Virus record (IMG/VR): IMGVR_UViG_3300007214_000006
From: a virus
Lineage: Duplodnaviria > Caudoviricetes
Length of the DNA: 64,000 nucleotides
Strand: one strand, 5' to 3'
A program made the position numbers and the translations under genes. The notes beneath the pieces were generated by a model. The model saw only the letters and a list, made by a program, of their open reading frames with translations. It had not been told where the DNA came from and made no database searches. Positions 27,641-37,130 of the stretch are shown piece after piece (position 1 is the stretch's first letter; each line of letters opens with the position of its first letter).

Positions 27641-28217
27641 TTTTTAATATAATTAATCCGTTATTGTTTAAGTATTTTTTATGCATAGTCCAGCCACTAG
27701 AACTTTCTAGAGCTAAAAAATCATCTATTGCTGCAATTAATCCAGTTTTTAAATAATCCTGTTTTTTGATTTTATCACTAGCATGATCATAAATATATTC
27801 ATCATGATAACCAAAAGTAAATGTATCATGGATTATAATAAATTTATTTACTTTTTTTGAATGAGTAAGCAATTCCATAAATAGCTGATTATAAGTATGT
27901 AATGTATCAATAAATAAAAGATCTGTTGATTCTATATCTATAGATAAAACATCTGCTGTTATAAAAGTATAATCAATATTATATTCTTTAGCTAAAGTTA
28001 TTAAATTATTTATTTCATTAAAATAAGGTTTAATATCATAGCTAATCATTTTTACTGGATTAGATGCTAATAAAGCAATCGTAGATAAACCAAATCTAGT
28101 TCCCATTTCAGTTATTGTTTTACACAGTGTTGCATATTCAAATAGTGTGGGTAAATGTTCGTTTATATCGGAATGCTCAGAACATTTTTGATGATATTCA
28201 GTGATAATTTTTTTCAT
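27630..28217 (-). CDS. class I SAM-dependent methyltransferase (Methyltransf_24-like)
   Basis: ITEMGTRFGLST, DLLFIDTLHTY, FIIIHDT. Confidence 0.8.
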   Translation of the reverse strand: MKKIITEYHQKCSEHSDINEHLPTLFEYATLCKTITEMGTRFGLSTIALLASNPVKMISYDIKPYFNEINNLITLAKEYNIDYTFITADVLSIDIESTDLLFIDTLHTYNQLFMELLTHSKKVNKFIIIHDTFTFGYHDEYIYDHASDKIKKQDYLKTGLIAAIDDFLALESSSGWTMHKKYLNNNGLIILKNEH

Positions 28218-28230
28218 ATTGATTATTTAT

Positions 28231-29622
28231 CTAAGAAGTTTTTATATTTTGTTCCAAAAAAAACTGTAAATCTTCTGGCGTTCCCAATCCATACATTTTT
28301 TGTATATTATATGTTTTAATTTTAACTCCAGCTTTTATAGCCTCATTAAAAACAGGACAAACATAAAATTCATTATTAACTCTAATATTTTTATTAATCA
28401 TCTGTTCGGCATATTTCACATAGTCGCATCCATTTTTCCAATAATATATACCAACAGTAGCAATATTAGATATAGGATTTTTTTCTGCTACTTGAGTAAC
28501 AAATCCTAATTCATCTAATTTAGCAAATGACCACTTAGGGTGTATAGATTCGAATGTGACCATACCTGAATCGCAATTAGTTTCATTCATTTTATACATA
28601 AATTCATTCGAATCCCATACTATAAACTGATCAGAATTAGCTATTATAAGTGGATTATTATTATCAATAAATTTTTTAGCTAATAAAGTTGTGCATGCGG
28701 CACCGTCGGTTAAACCATCGGTTTCTACGATTGTACAATTTTTAGATATTAAATTTAGTAAAGTATCTAAATTATATTTTATTCTATGTAATTTTTGAAC
28801 TATAAATATATAATTAGCATCTATATTTAAATTATCAACGACAACCTGTATCATTGGTTTACCATTAACATCAATCAAAGGTTTTGGAAACGTATATCCT
28901 GCTTGTTCAAATCTGCTTCCAGCACCAGCCATAGGTATAAGAATATTTAGTTTATCATCGACCCATTTTGGAGATTTTGTTAAAACATGATTCTTTTCTA
29001 AAGAATTTAATTTATTGATTTTTATTTCTATATTTGAGTAATCAACATCATCAGGATTTGTAATCCTTAATACATTTGCATGAGTTCTACTTGCCGCTAA
29101 TAAACCATGAGGAGAATCCTCCAAAATTAATGTTTCTTCTGGTAAACAATTCATTAATGAAATTGCTTTCCAAAATATTTCCGGATGTGGTTTACTATTA
29201 TTTACATCCTCATTTGATAATATTAAATCAAAATATTCTATTATATCTAATTTATGAAGTACCGATATAACCGTTTTTCTTATGCTATTACTACAACATA
29301 CTATTTTATATGAAGATTCTGATAATTTTGATAAACATTCTATAAGTTTTTTAGATTTTTTTAAATTACCTAATTTTTGTATAGTATATTTTTGTTTTTT
29401 ATTCCAAACTCTATCAAAACATTCCTGTGGTAATCCTTTATTATTTTGTAATAGTTGTAATTTTTGATATGTTTTTAGTCCATCATAAATATTTATATGT
29501 TCATCCCATTTGATTAAAAATTCTGAGCCTTCATTTAAAAGTGCCATATTCAAGCATTCATAATGAATTTCTTTGGTACTTATAAGAACTCCATCTAAAT
29601 CAAATATAATTGTTTTTATCAT
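28231..29622 (-). CDS. HAD phosphatase fused to sugar-phosphate nucleotidyltransferase
   Basis: IIFDLDGVL, SKPHPE, LEDSPHG; then ILIPMAGAGSRF...PKPLI, IANSDQ, GLGTPEDL. Confidence 0.85.
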   Translation of the reverse strand: MIKTIIFDLDGVLISTKEIHYECLNMALLNEGSEFLIKWDEHINIYDGLKTYQKLQLLQNNKGLPQECFDRVWNKKQKYTIQKLGNLKKSKKLIECLSKLSESSYKIVCCSNSIRKTVISVLHKLDIIEYFDLILSNEDVNNSKPHPEIFWKAISLMNCLPEETLILEDSPHGLLAASRTHANVLRITNPDDVDYSNIEIKINKLNSLEKNHVLTKSPKWVDDKLNILIPMAGAGSRFEQAGYTFPKPLIDVNGKPMIQVVVDNLNIDANYIFIVQKLHRIKYNLDTLLNLISKNCTIVETDGLTDGAACTTLLAKKFIDNNNPLIIANSDQFIVWDSNEFMYKMNETNCDSGMVTFESIHPKWSFAKLDELGFVTQVAEKNPISNIATVGIYYWKNGCDYVKYAEQMINKNIRVNNEFYVCPVFNEAIKAGVKIKTYNIQKMYGLGTPEDLQFFLEQNIKTS

Positions 29623-30061
29623 AATTATATTTTCCTATATAATCAGAACACACACCAATACAACCAGATAAAGAATCATTATAAATTTCTGGTGTCACAG
29701 CTATGCTTCCAGATATCGGTTGTTGTCCAGGATATGCCCAAATAAAATTTAATGATGTTAAAGCAATATCATCTTTTTGATGCCAAAAAAAATTAAACAA
29801 TGGATTTTTATTTTTTAGAAAATAATTAACACTAGTCATATCTTTACAATGAATCCATAAAAATTTTACTCTTTGAGTCAACCAAGATATATCGGTAGCA
29901 TACTTTGGAACATCATGACCTAACCAAAATTCATTATTAATATACCAAATATCTAATTCTACATTATAACCTTGTTTTATAGCAGAATCTAAATATATTG
30001 GATTATTTTCTAAAGATTTTATAGGACCATTAATATTTCCTCTATGAGATATTAATATCAT
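29600..30061 (-). CDS. glycerophosphodiester phosphodiesterase/PLC-like protein
   Basis: LISHRGN...ENNP, VELDIW, LGHD, WIHCK, VCSDY. Confidence 0.7.
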   Translation of the reverse strand: MILISHRGNINGPIKSLENNPIYLDSAIKQGYNVELDIWYINNEFWLGHDVPKYATDISWLTQRVKFLWIHCKDMTSVNYFLKNKNPLFNFFWHQKDDIALTSLNFIWAYPGQQPISGSIAVTPEIYNDSLSGCIGVCSDYIGKYNYDKNNYI

Positions 30062-31341
30062 AAATTACCAACTATTCGTTCGCACCAATCTTTTGATTTG
30101 CTATGCGGCCATACAACCCAATATTTAGGTTTTATTTTAGTTTGAAACTCTCTCCAAACTTTACAATACCCATCCGGATCATTTTTCATTCTAGATATTT
30201 CTTCAATATCAGCATCTTGTCTAAAAATAGTTTCATCTTTTTCATCATGAAAAGCTACAACCCAAAAATCATAATCGTTTTCTGGAACTTGAGAATACTG
30301 AATATCTATACAATGTTTGAAAATATACAATAATTTATTTTCAAATTCTTCATATGTTAAATCAGATGTTTCTGGGTCTGGCGGAGGTTTATTATCTTTA
30401 ACTCTTTGTTGTATTGCTCTTTTATTAAAGCTTAATCCAGAATATTGTTCATAGTCTTGTAGTGTTCTAATTGAACCAAAACCATATTTACCAAAATCTA
30501 TATCCCTTTTTTCTCCATCCATTTCAAATAATTTACGATTTTTTAAATGACATTTATCATTTTTAGTTGACCATTGTGGATCATCATCCCATTGTTTTTT
30601 TCTTCCTTTCCTGGTATATTCATGCCAACAAACGACCTTATGAGGATGAAACAAGTCGTACCCATGAGTATAGGCTCTGACAGCTATACTTATTTCTTCT
30701 CCGTGAAAATAGTATTCTGGATCGTGTTGAACTTCTTGGGCAAATTCTCCTAGAGTAAAGCAAAAATGAGCACTATAAAATCTAGCTGGCAATGGTTCTT
30801 TATTATTATCCCATGTATCGAATGAAGCAGGAAGAAAGAACACAGCGCCCTCTGGAATAAATCTATCAAAATTCATTTTCCAGGGTTCCATTACTCTTGC
30901 CTGCGGATCATTTTCTGGATCAAAACTAGGAATATAACCTGTCAATAATGGTTTTTTATGCCCCTTTGCTTGTAGATCTAATATCATATTAATTAATTCT
31001 GTATCCCAATGAGGAATAAATCTATGGTGACTGTCTAGTTGCATTGTATAAGTTTCATTTTTATATAATTGTTGAACAGCGTTTCTTGCCCAACAAACCC
31101 CTTTGCTATCTAGATAATTTACATCTATAATTCTAAATCTATCGTCATTTATATATTCATCTAAATTATCCCATAGGTCATCAACAGAATGCTGCCAACA
31201 TATCCCTATTCTAAGGTTATCTGGATTATCTGCTTTTGATAATAGATCTTTTATTGTTGGTAATAATTGAGGATCTCGATAACTAGCTATTTGGATAAAA
31301 ATAGTATTTTTTTTAGTTTTCTTTTCTTTCTTCACTTTCAT
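30058..31341 (-). CDS. GT60-like polypeptide/hydroxyproline GlcNAc transferase (GlcNAc family)
   Basis: IFIQIASYRD..L..TI, GVCWAR, ETYTMQLDSHHRF..WD..LI, FYSAHFCF, EVQHDP..YFHGEE..AVRAYTHGYDLFHP..VCWHEY, as in Gnt1/OGNT enzymes. Confidence 0.85.
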   Translation of the reverse strand: MKVKKEKKTKKNTIFIQIASYRDPQLLPTIKDLLSKADNPDNLRIGICWQHSVDDLWDNLDEYINDDRFRIIDVNYLDSKGVCWARNAVQQLYKNETYTMQLDSHHRFIPHWDTELINMILDLQAKGHKKPLLTGYIPSFDPENDPQARVMEPWKMNFDRFIPEGAVFFLPASFDTWDNNKEPLPARFYSAHFCFTLGEFAQEVQHDPEYYFHGEEISIAVRAYTHGYDLFHPHKVVCWHEYTRKGRKKQWDDDPQWSTKNDKCHLKNRKLFEMDGEKRDIDFGKYGFGSIRTLQDYEQYSGLSFNKRAIQQRVKDNKPPPDPETSDLTYEEFENKLLYIFKHCIDIQYSQVPENDYDFWVVAFHDEKDETIFRQDADIEEISRMKNDPDGYCKVWREFQTKIKPKYWVVWPHSKSKDWCERIVGNL

Positions 31342-32974
31342 AAAAATGAACCCTATTGTGTGTAATTGGACTCGCTAATAAAATTGCGGGATTAACTATA
31401 TTATCTCTTGTTAATGTGTAAATATGGCTCATCCATGTCTGCTCGAAAGGATGGTCCCATTTTGTATCGAGAAATAATTTTTGATTACCTTCTTGATCTA
31501 TTATATGTGGCCAGTTGGAATAGTATATTTCTCCTTCAGCATAGGCAACACCATTGAAAGTTTTTATACATTTAATATTTGTATTAGGTTTTTTCTTTAT
31601 AGTTCCAAAATATTTTATTTTTTTATCAGAAGGCAAATTGTGCCAGCTCCACTGTTCGCCATTATGTCCAAAAAATTCAGCAAATGAGAATTTTAAAAAA
31701 TCATATCGTTCTTTATTCATAATTTTAATAATATTATGATAAAAATTATTGACATACTTAGATAAACCAACATTACAGACTGTGTTAGACAAATCTAAAA
31801 GCATATCATCCTCAAAAAACAACATATATTTTGATTTTTTAGAATCGAAATCTTCTGCTGCAAATTGTCTAGATCCACATATACCCATATTTCCTTTTTG
31901 AATATGTTCTATAAAATTATATTTTAAACATATATCATTATATTTATTTATTAAACTATCATTAGTAGAGTTATTAATTAATATTTTTTTTGTTTTTGTA
32001 ATAAAATTATTATCATATTTTTCAAAACTATCCATAACCATTTGTAATTGTTCTGGAGAATTAAAAGTGTTTATATATAATAATATATCATTATTTTCAT
32101 ACTGTTTTCTTATATTATTATTAATATTTATTATATTATTTATTGGTATATTTTTTATATCTTCAAAAAATTTATATATTAATCCGTTATCTTCTATCAT
32201 ATGTATTTTATATAAATCTTCATCAAGATATGTCATTATTGTAAAAATACTTTCCTCTGTGCCCATGAATCCTGCGCTTAATGAATCATTTAACAAAGAA
32301 TAATATTGAGCATTAGCTTCCGAAAGATAATCTATATGACCACCGAATAATCCTCCCCTAGCAACTCTTGTAACTTTTGATTTTGCATATTTTTCCATTG
32401 CTGATATACTAAAACCATGTATTTCTGTATTTGTGCTGTATGGAAAACAGATAAATAATAATTTATCAACAATTTTTTCTAATTTATGGATAATCTTATC
32501 GTGACTAAAATATCCTTCATGTATTGTATTTGTTATTCCACCATCCAACCAAAACATATACTCTGTATTAAATGGATTATATATCTTTGCGTTATGCAGC
32601 ATAAACATTTTGCTCATAACCATAGGATTATACATTGGCATCTTTGCTTGAGTGCTATCTTTTAACCATCCAACTTGGTTAATCCATTCCTCTTTTGTTC
32701 TAATTGTTTGCACCTTATCAAAGAATGGAAAAAAATTTCCACCAAAATCTTCTGTCTTTTGATGATATACCACAGTATTAGATCTATTTCTTACAGACCA
32801 TACTATATCCTCATGTTTTTGGTCTATAAAAACAATTACAGGCACATCTTCGCCTAGGCTGGATAACAGTTTCTTGAAATTATTTACATAATGGTCAAAA
32901 TTTCTTGACCAACCATCTGATAGCTCGGACCTACCAAGATCCCATATCCCAGTAACTATAGTGGTATTTATCAT
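31313..32974 (-). CDS. HtrL/YibB-family glycosyltransferase fused to a GT-A domain
   Basis: TTIVTGIWDLGR, YMFWLDGG, GGLFGG, GTEES; second domain NMGICGSRQFAAE..YMLFFEDD. Confidence 0.7.
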   Translation of the reverse strand: MINTTIVTGIWDLGRSELSDGWSRNFDHYVNNFKKLLSSLGEDVPVIVFIDQKHEDIVWSVRNRSNTVVYHQKTEDFGGNFFPFFDKVQTIRTKEEWINQVGWLKDSTQAKMPMYNPMVMSKMFMLHNAKIYNPFNTEYMFWLDGGITNTIHEGYFSHDKIIHKLEKIVDKLLFICFPYSTNTEIHGFSISAMEKYAKSKVTRVARGGLFGGHIDYLSEANAQYYSLLNDSLSAGFMGTEESIFTIMTYLDEDLYKIHMIEDNGLIYKFFEDIKNIPINNIININNNIRKQYENNDILLYINTFNSPEQLQMVMDSFEKYDNNFITKTKKILINNSTNDSLINKYNDICLKYNFIEHIQKGNMGICGSRQFAAEDFDSKKSKYMLFFEDDMLLDLSNTVCNVGLSKYVNNFYHNIIKIMNKERYDFLKFSFAEFFGHNGEQWSWHNLPSDKKIKYFGTIKKKPNTNIKCIKTFNGVAYAEGEIYYSNWPHIIDQEGNQKLFLDTKWDHPFEQTWMSHIYTLTRDNIVNPAILLASPITHNRVHFYESEERKEN

Positions 32975-33038
32975 TAGAATGTCTTACATAAGAATATATC
33001 CAACCGACTGCATAATATATAATCAGATTTTATGGTTT

Positions 33039-33094
33039 TGTCAACACAAAAAATTTTATTTCGGTGTTGACTTTTTGTGGAATGATGATATTAT
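33039..33094. promoter_or_regulatory. divergent sigma70-like promoter pair
   Basis: Plus: TTGACT 33067-33072, 16 nt, TATTAT 33089-33094 preceded by TG-n; minus: TTGACA at 33044-33039; GTCAACAC/GTGTTGAC inverted repeat. Confidence 0.6.
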
Positions 33095-33096
33095 GA

Positions 33097-33318
33097 ATGG
33101 TGAACTTTGGGCATGGAAAAATGAAAAATCCAGAAGATAATACAGACAGAAAAAATCTAAGAAGAGAGAAAATAAAGAAGAAAAATCTAATAAAAGATTC
33201 TTCTTTTGAGGATGAGAAACAGGAAAAAAAGCATCTTCAAAAAAAAGAACTAAAAAAAATAAAAGAAAGTTTTGACGACGAAGAATGGGAAGATTGGGAT
33301 AGATATTATAATCACTAA
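33097..33318 (+). CDS. small charged hypothetical protein
   Basis: 73 aa, K-rich with acidic Trp-containing C-terminus. Confidence 0.6.
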   Translation: MVNFGHGKMKNPEDNTDRKNLRREKIKKKNLIKDSSFEDEKQEKKHLQKKELKKIKESFDDEEWEDWDRYYNH

Positions 33319-33323
33319 ATAAT

Positions 33324-33569
33324 ATGAAATATTTAGAGGAATTGTCGTTTGGTGATTGTTTTATATATAATGATAATAAATATATATTAACAACTGATTT
33401 CAAGAATAATTTTCAAAAATTATGCGTTTCATTAAAAGATGGTCATATGAAATGGATAAAATCAGATCAAATTGTAGATATCATAGATATTTTTATTTTT
33501 GATAAAGAATCAAATGTGATAGCAATAAAAGAAAGAAAGAAACAAGATGATTTTTTTGATAAAAATTAA
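33324..33569 (+). CDS. hypothetical protein
   Basis: ORF track 81 aa, beta-rich. Confidence 0.6.
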   Translation: MKYLEELSFGDCFIYNDNKYILTTDFKNNFQKLCVSLKDGHMKWIKSDQIVDIIDIFIFDKESNVIAIKERKKQDDFFDKN

Positions 33570-33798
33570 AACTTTTTTAAAGTCTTTATTTTTCCATATA
33601 TATGCCGGATCACCAAAATCCACAAAAGATCAGATTATGTATAGATATCAGATCTGTTTATCTTGTCCAGAATATAATTCTAATAAATCTGAGTGTGGGG
33701 TTTGTGGTTGTGCTATTAGTACAAAAAGTATATTTTTAAATAAGTTAGCGTGGGCCGATCAAGAGTGTCCTTTAGGCAAATGGAACAAAATATTATGA
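33547..33798 (+). CDS. small Cys-rich (zinc-binding) protein
   Basis: RYQICLSC...CGVCGC...ECPLGKW. Confidence 0.7.
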   Translation: MIFLIKIKTFLKSLFFHIYAGSPKSTKDQIMYRYQICLSCPEYNSNKSECGVCGCAISTKSIFLNKLAWADQECPLGKWNKIL

Positions 33799-34367
33799 CA
33801 ATTATAAATTCTAAAAACTTAAATAAATTAATGACTACTAATATTGATATATTTGAAATGTCGAAAAATAGAGTTTTGGCAGAAAAAAATGGAGCAACAG
33901 TTTTTATTCCCCATGTTTGTAACAACATCGATTTATTCGGAGCAGGATTTGCCGCAGATCTTGCAGAAAAATTCCCATCTGTAAAAGCAGATTATCATAT
34001 GTTAGGTAAAAATTTCTTAAAAAATAATTTTGGATATTGTCAAATAATAAAAGTCCTAGAAGAACCAAAACATAAACAAAAATTATATATAGCAAATATG
34101 ATTGCTCAAAATGGAATAAAATCCAGAAACAATCCTCGCCCACTGAACTATTTTGCGCTTGCAAAATCTATGGGTGCCATGTCATCTTTTATATTATCAA
34201 ATACTGGCTTTTTAAATAAATCTGAAAATATTGAGATACATTGTCCAAAATTTGGCAGCGGATTGGCTGGCGGCAACTGGAATTTTATAAATGATTTAAT
34301 TTATGATATTTGGGGGAAATATAATGTAACTGTTCATACTTTTAATAAACCAAATCATGAAAGATAA
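33795..34367 (+). CDS. macrodomain (ADP-ribose binding/hydrolase) protein
   Basis: IPHVCNN...FGAGFAADL..KFP, ANMIAQ, IHCPKFGSGLAGGNW; ATG 33795 overlaps the upstream stop. Confidence 0.8.
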   Translation: MTIINSKNLNKLMTTNIDIFEMSKNRVLAEKNGATVFIPHVCNNIDLFGAGFAADLAEKFPSVKADYHMLGKNFLKNNFGYCQIIKVLEEPKHKQKLYIANMIAQNGIKSRNNPRPLNYFALAKSMGAMSSFILSNTGFLNKSENIEIHCPKFGSGLAGGNWNFINDLIYDIWGKYNVTVHTFNKPNHER

Positions 34368-34650
34368 AATTTTTCTATCTTGGCTATTAAATAGGCTAAA
34401 ATTTAAATATAACGAAAAAGATATACAAATATTAGACAGAGTAGACTCAATTATTAACAATAGGCTAATTATAGATTATTCAATAGATCAAAATATAATA
34501 GAAAAAATATGTAAAAAGTATCACCAAGATTGGGATTTTGAAAAATGTGAATTGGGTTTCGGGCATTCCGATGACTCCAGGCAAGAAATAAAAAATTATA
34601 CAACAAATATTATTAAGGATTATATTAATGAAATATGTATTGCTAGATGA
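34357..34650 (+). CDS. hypothetical protein
   Basis: ORF track 97 aa. Confidence 0.6.
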   Translation: MKDKIFLSWLLNRLKFKYNEKDIQILDRVDSIINNRLIIDYSIDQNIIEKICKKYHQDWDFEKCELGFGHSDDSRQEIKNYTTNIIKDYINEICIAR

Positions 34651-35509
34651 TGATGCCATAGAAATAGGTGGCACGAATCTAACTATACTATCAATGTTTG
34701 AAGACAGGCTAAATGAAACTACTAAAATAGCTTGTAAAAATCTCTCCAAACTAGATATTATAAAATATGCTGACCAAATATGGATTATTGGTAATATCAT
34801 GGGTTTGGCACAAAAAACAGATGATACTGTTAAATTCTTATTTGACACTGTGAAAAAATTTGTAAAAATAGAATTTGATTATAATTTTTGTCCATATCGA
34901 GGAGAAATACCTCATCAGAAACTTGGTAAATCTGAATGTTCTTGCCCTTATGGTACAACTGGATTAATACAGTTATCTTTTATTTACGATAAAATCATAG
35001 AAAATAGCAAGCATATTTTTTTTATGTCCGAAAGACAAAGATCAATATACGCTAATCATATGCCATTGCTAGATTTTTCTAAAACTACTATTTTATCTTC
35101 ATGTTTTTCTAAACAATCGTTAAATTTATTTGATTCTTTAAAAGATAGCCCTAAAAATAATAAATATGCTATATTACAAGGTTTCGGGGGATGGCATAGC
35201 GAAGCAAAAGGATGTGATGTTGCCAAAAATTTTTGCACAATTAATAAACTAGATTACGATATTCTTCCTATACAAAAATATGAAGATCATATAAAAACTT
35301 TATCTAAATATAAAGGAATAATATTTTTACCAATAGTAGACGATACATGTCCTAGAGCTATAATCGAAGCAAGATTATTAGGTCTGGATATTATTACAAA
35401 TATTAATAGTCAACATACTACAGAGTGGTGGTGGAAAGATCCAGAAAAAACACTAGAATATATATCATCTAGACCAAAAGTATTCTGGGAAAATATAGAT
35501 AATATATAA
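34628..35509 (+). CDS. putative glycosyltransferase (GT-B)
   Basis: IGGTNLT; KYKGIIFLP...DTCPRAIIEARLLGLDII acceptor-side motif. Confidence 0.65.
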   Translation: MKYVLLDDDAIEIGGTNLTILSMFEDRLNETTKIACKNLSKLDIIKYADQIWIIGNIMGLAQKTDDTVKFLFDTVKKFVKIEFDYNFCPYRGEIPHQKLGKSECSCPYGTTGLIQLSFIYDKIIENSKHIFFMSERQRSIYANHMPLLDFSKTTILSSCFSKQSLNLFDSLKDSPKNNKYAILQGFGGWHSEAKGCDVAKNFCTINKLDYDILPIQKYEDHIKTLSKYKGIIFLPIVDDTCPRAIIEARLLGLDIITNINSQHTTEWWWKDPEKTLEYISSRPKVFWENIDNI

Positions 35510-35511
35510 TT

Positions 35512-36231
35512 ATGATTAATATCGTTACATGCGTGTGGAATTCCGAAAAATATATTAATTTATGTATAGATTCTGTATTAAGCCAAAAAAATCAAAACTA
35601 CAGAATGTTTATTATAGATGATGTTTCGGACGATAATACGTGCTCAATCATCGAAGATAAAACTAAAAATTATCCTAATATAAAATTTATAAAAAACGAA
35701 ACAAAAAAATATAAACTTAAAAATTTTGATGAAATTTTATCCAATAATAATCTAATTAAAGACGAAGATATAATTCTAGAATTAGATGGAGATGATTGGC
35801 TAGCTCATAATAATGTTATAGATATTATATATGATACGTATAAAACAAATAATATCTTAATAAGTAATAGTAAATTTGTTTATTCTAATGGAAAAATCGG
35901 ATTTTCTGATAAATGCAATATAAGTTTGATAAGAAAATCTCCATTTATATTTTCTCATCTAAGAACGTGGAAAACTAAATTGTGGAGAAATATCAATAAA
36001 AAATATTTCATAGATCCAAGATCAAATGATTACTTTAAAATTACAGCAGATATGGCCTATTCTTTGCCTATGCTGGAACTCGCCACACAAGACAAATATG
36101 TACATATACCAGAAATACTGCTAGTATATAATGATCAAAATCCACATAATGATCACAAACCAGGTTCAGCCGCAGGAGGTCAATTGGAACAAGGCATTGT
36201 TGAAAAAATAATCAGAAATACTTTATTATGA
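35512..36231 (+). CDS. glycosyltransferase family 2
   Basis: IVTCVWN..KYI..CIDSV..Q, IIDDVSDD, LELDGDD. Confidence 0.85.
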   Translation: MINIVTCVWNSEKYINLCIDSVLSQKNQNYRMFIIDDVSDDNTCSIIEDKTKNYPNIKFIKNETKKYKLKNFDEILSNNNLIKDEDIILELDGDDWLAHNNVIDIIYDTYKTNNILISNSKFVYSNGKIGFSDKCNISLIRKSPFIFSHLRTWKTKLWRNINKKYFIDPRSNDYFKITADMAYSLPMLELATQDKYVHIPEILLVYNDQNPHNDHKPGSAAGGQLEQGIVEKIIRNTLL

Positions 36232-37130
36232 AAAATATAATACTCATTAACACCCCAACGCTGCCATGCCCAGGTAGTCATTATTTTACTTCTTCAAAAT
36301 TTTGTCATGGATTTTTACATAATGGATTTAATTTTTTAGAAATAAATGATATAAATAATTCATTATCTAAATATAATAATCAAGATAATATTTTTTTGAT
36401 ATCTAATCATTTTGTATCGCAAGGAAATAAAGAGGATGCTTACAGACTAGGAAAATTATTACCAAATGCATATTTTATTTGTTGGCATTTTAATTTTGAA
36501 AAAGAACTAATTGATAATATGCCGTTTAAAAAATTTATTATAACAGGAGAGCATTATTTATATCCTCCCAAATCTTCGGATAGACATATCGAAGCTTATA
36601 ATTTTAGCAAATCTTGCAATGAATGGGAGCCATTTATTTTTTCTAGTAATATAGATCCTAACCGAGTTGGAAATTTTACAAGAAATATAATATATGATTC
36701 ATTTTTTATAGGATATCCTTATAAAACAGAGTGGACATCTCTATTACAAAATAATTATGTTCATAACAGTAATGGATTATTTCTTCCAGAAAATGATAGA
36801 ATTCGCATTTATTTATCCAGTAGGGTTTGTTTGGGGTTTCATAGCGATGCAAATATAGCTAATTCTTGTGTTGTAGAAAGAGTATTTGAAGGAATGGCAT
36901 ACGGTTGCGCTGTTATTAGCGATAATAAAGCCGCAACAGATTACACAGATAATACTGTTAAATATGTACAGTCATATGATGAAGTAATATCCTATATAAA
37001 TTTTTATAAAAATAATAATAATGAATATATAAAATTACAAGAACAAGGTTACAAATTTATTAAAGAAAAAGGAACTTACTATCATTTATCTCAAAACTTT
37101 ATTAAAAAAATAAAACACTTATATGAATAA
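36228..37130 (+). CDS. glycosyltransferase (CgeB/GT-B-like)
   Basis: IYLSSRVCLGFH...VERVFEGMAYGCAVISD. Confidence 0.7.
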   Translation: MKNIILINTPTLPCPGSHYFTSSKFCHGFLHNGFNFLEINDINNSLSKYNNQDNIFLISNHFVSQGNKEDAYRLGKLLPNAYFICWHFNFEKELIDNMPFKKFIITGEHYLYPPKSSDRHIEAYNFSKSCNEWEPFIFSSNIDPNRVGNFTRNIIYDSFFIGYPYKTEWTSLLQNNYVHNSNGLFLPENDRIRIYLSSRVCLGFHSDANIANSCVVERVFEGMAYGCAVISDNKAATDYTDNTVKYVQSYDEVISYINFYKNNNNEYIKLQEQGYKFIKEKGTYYHLSQNFIKKIKHLYE

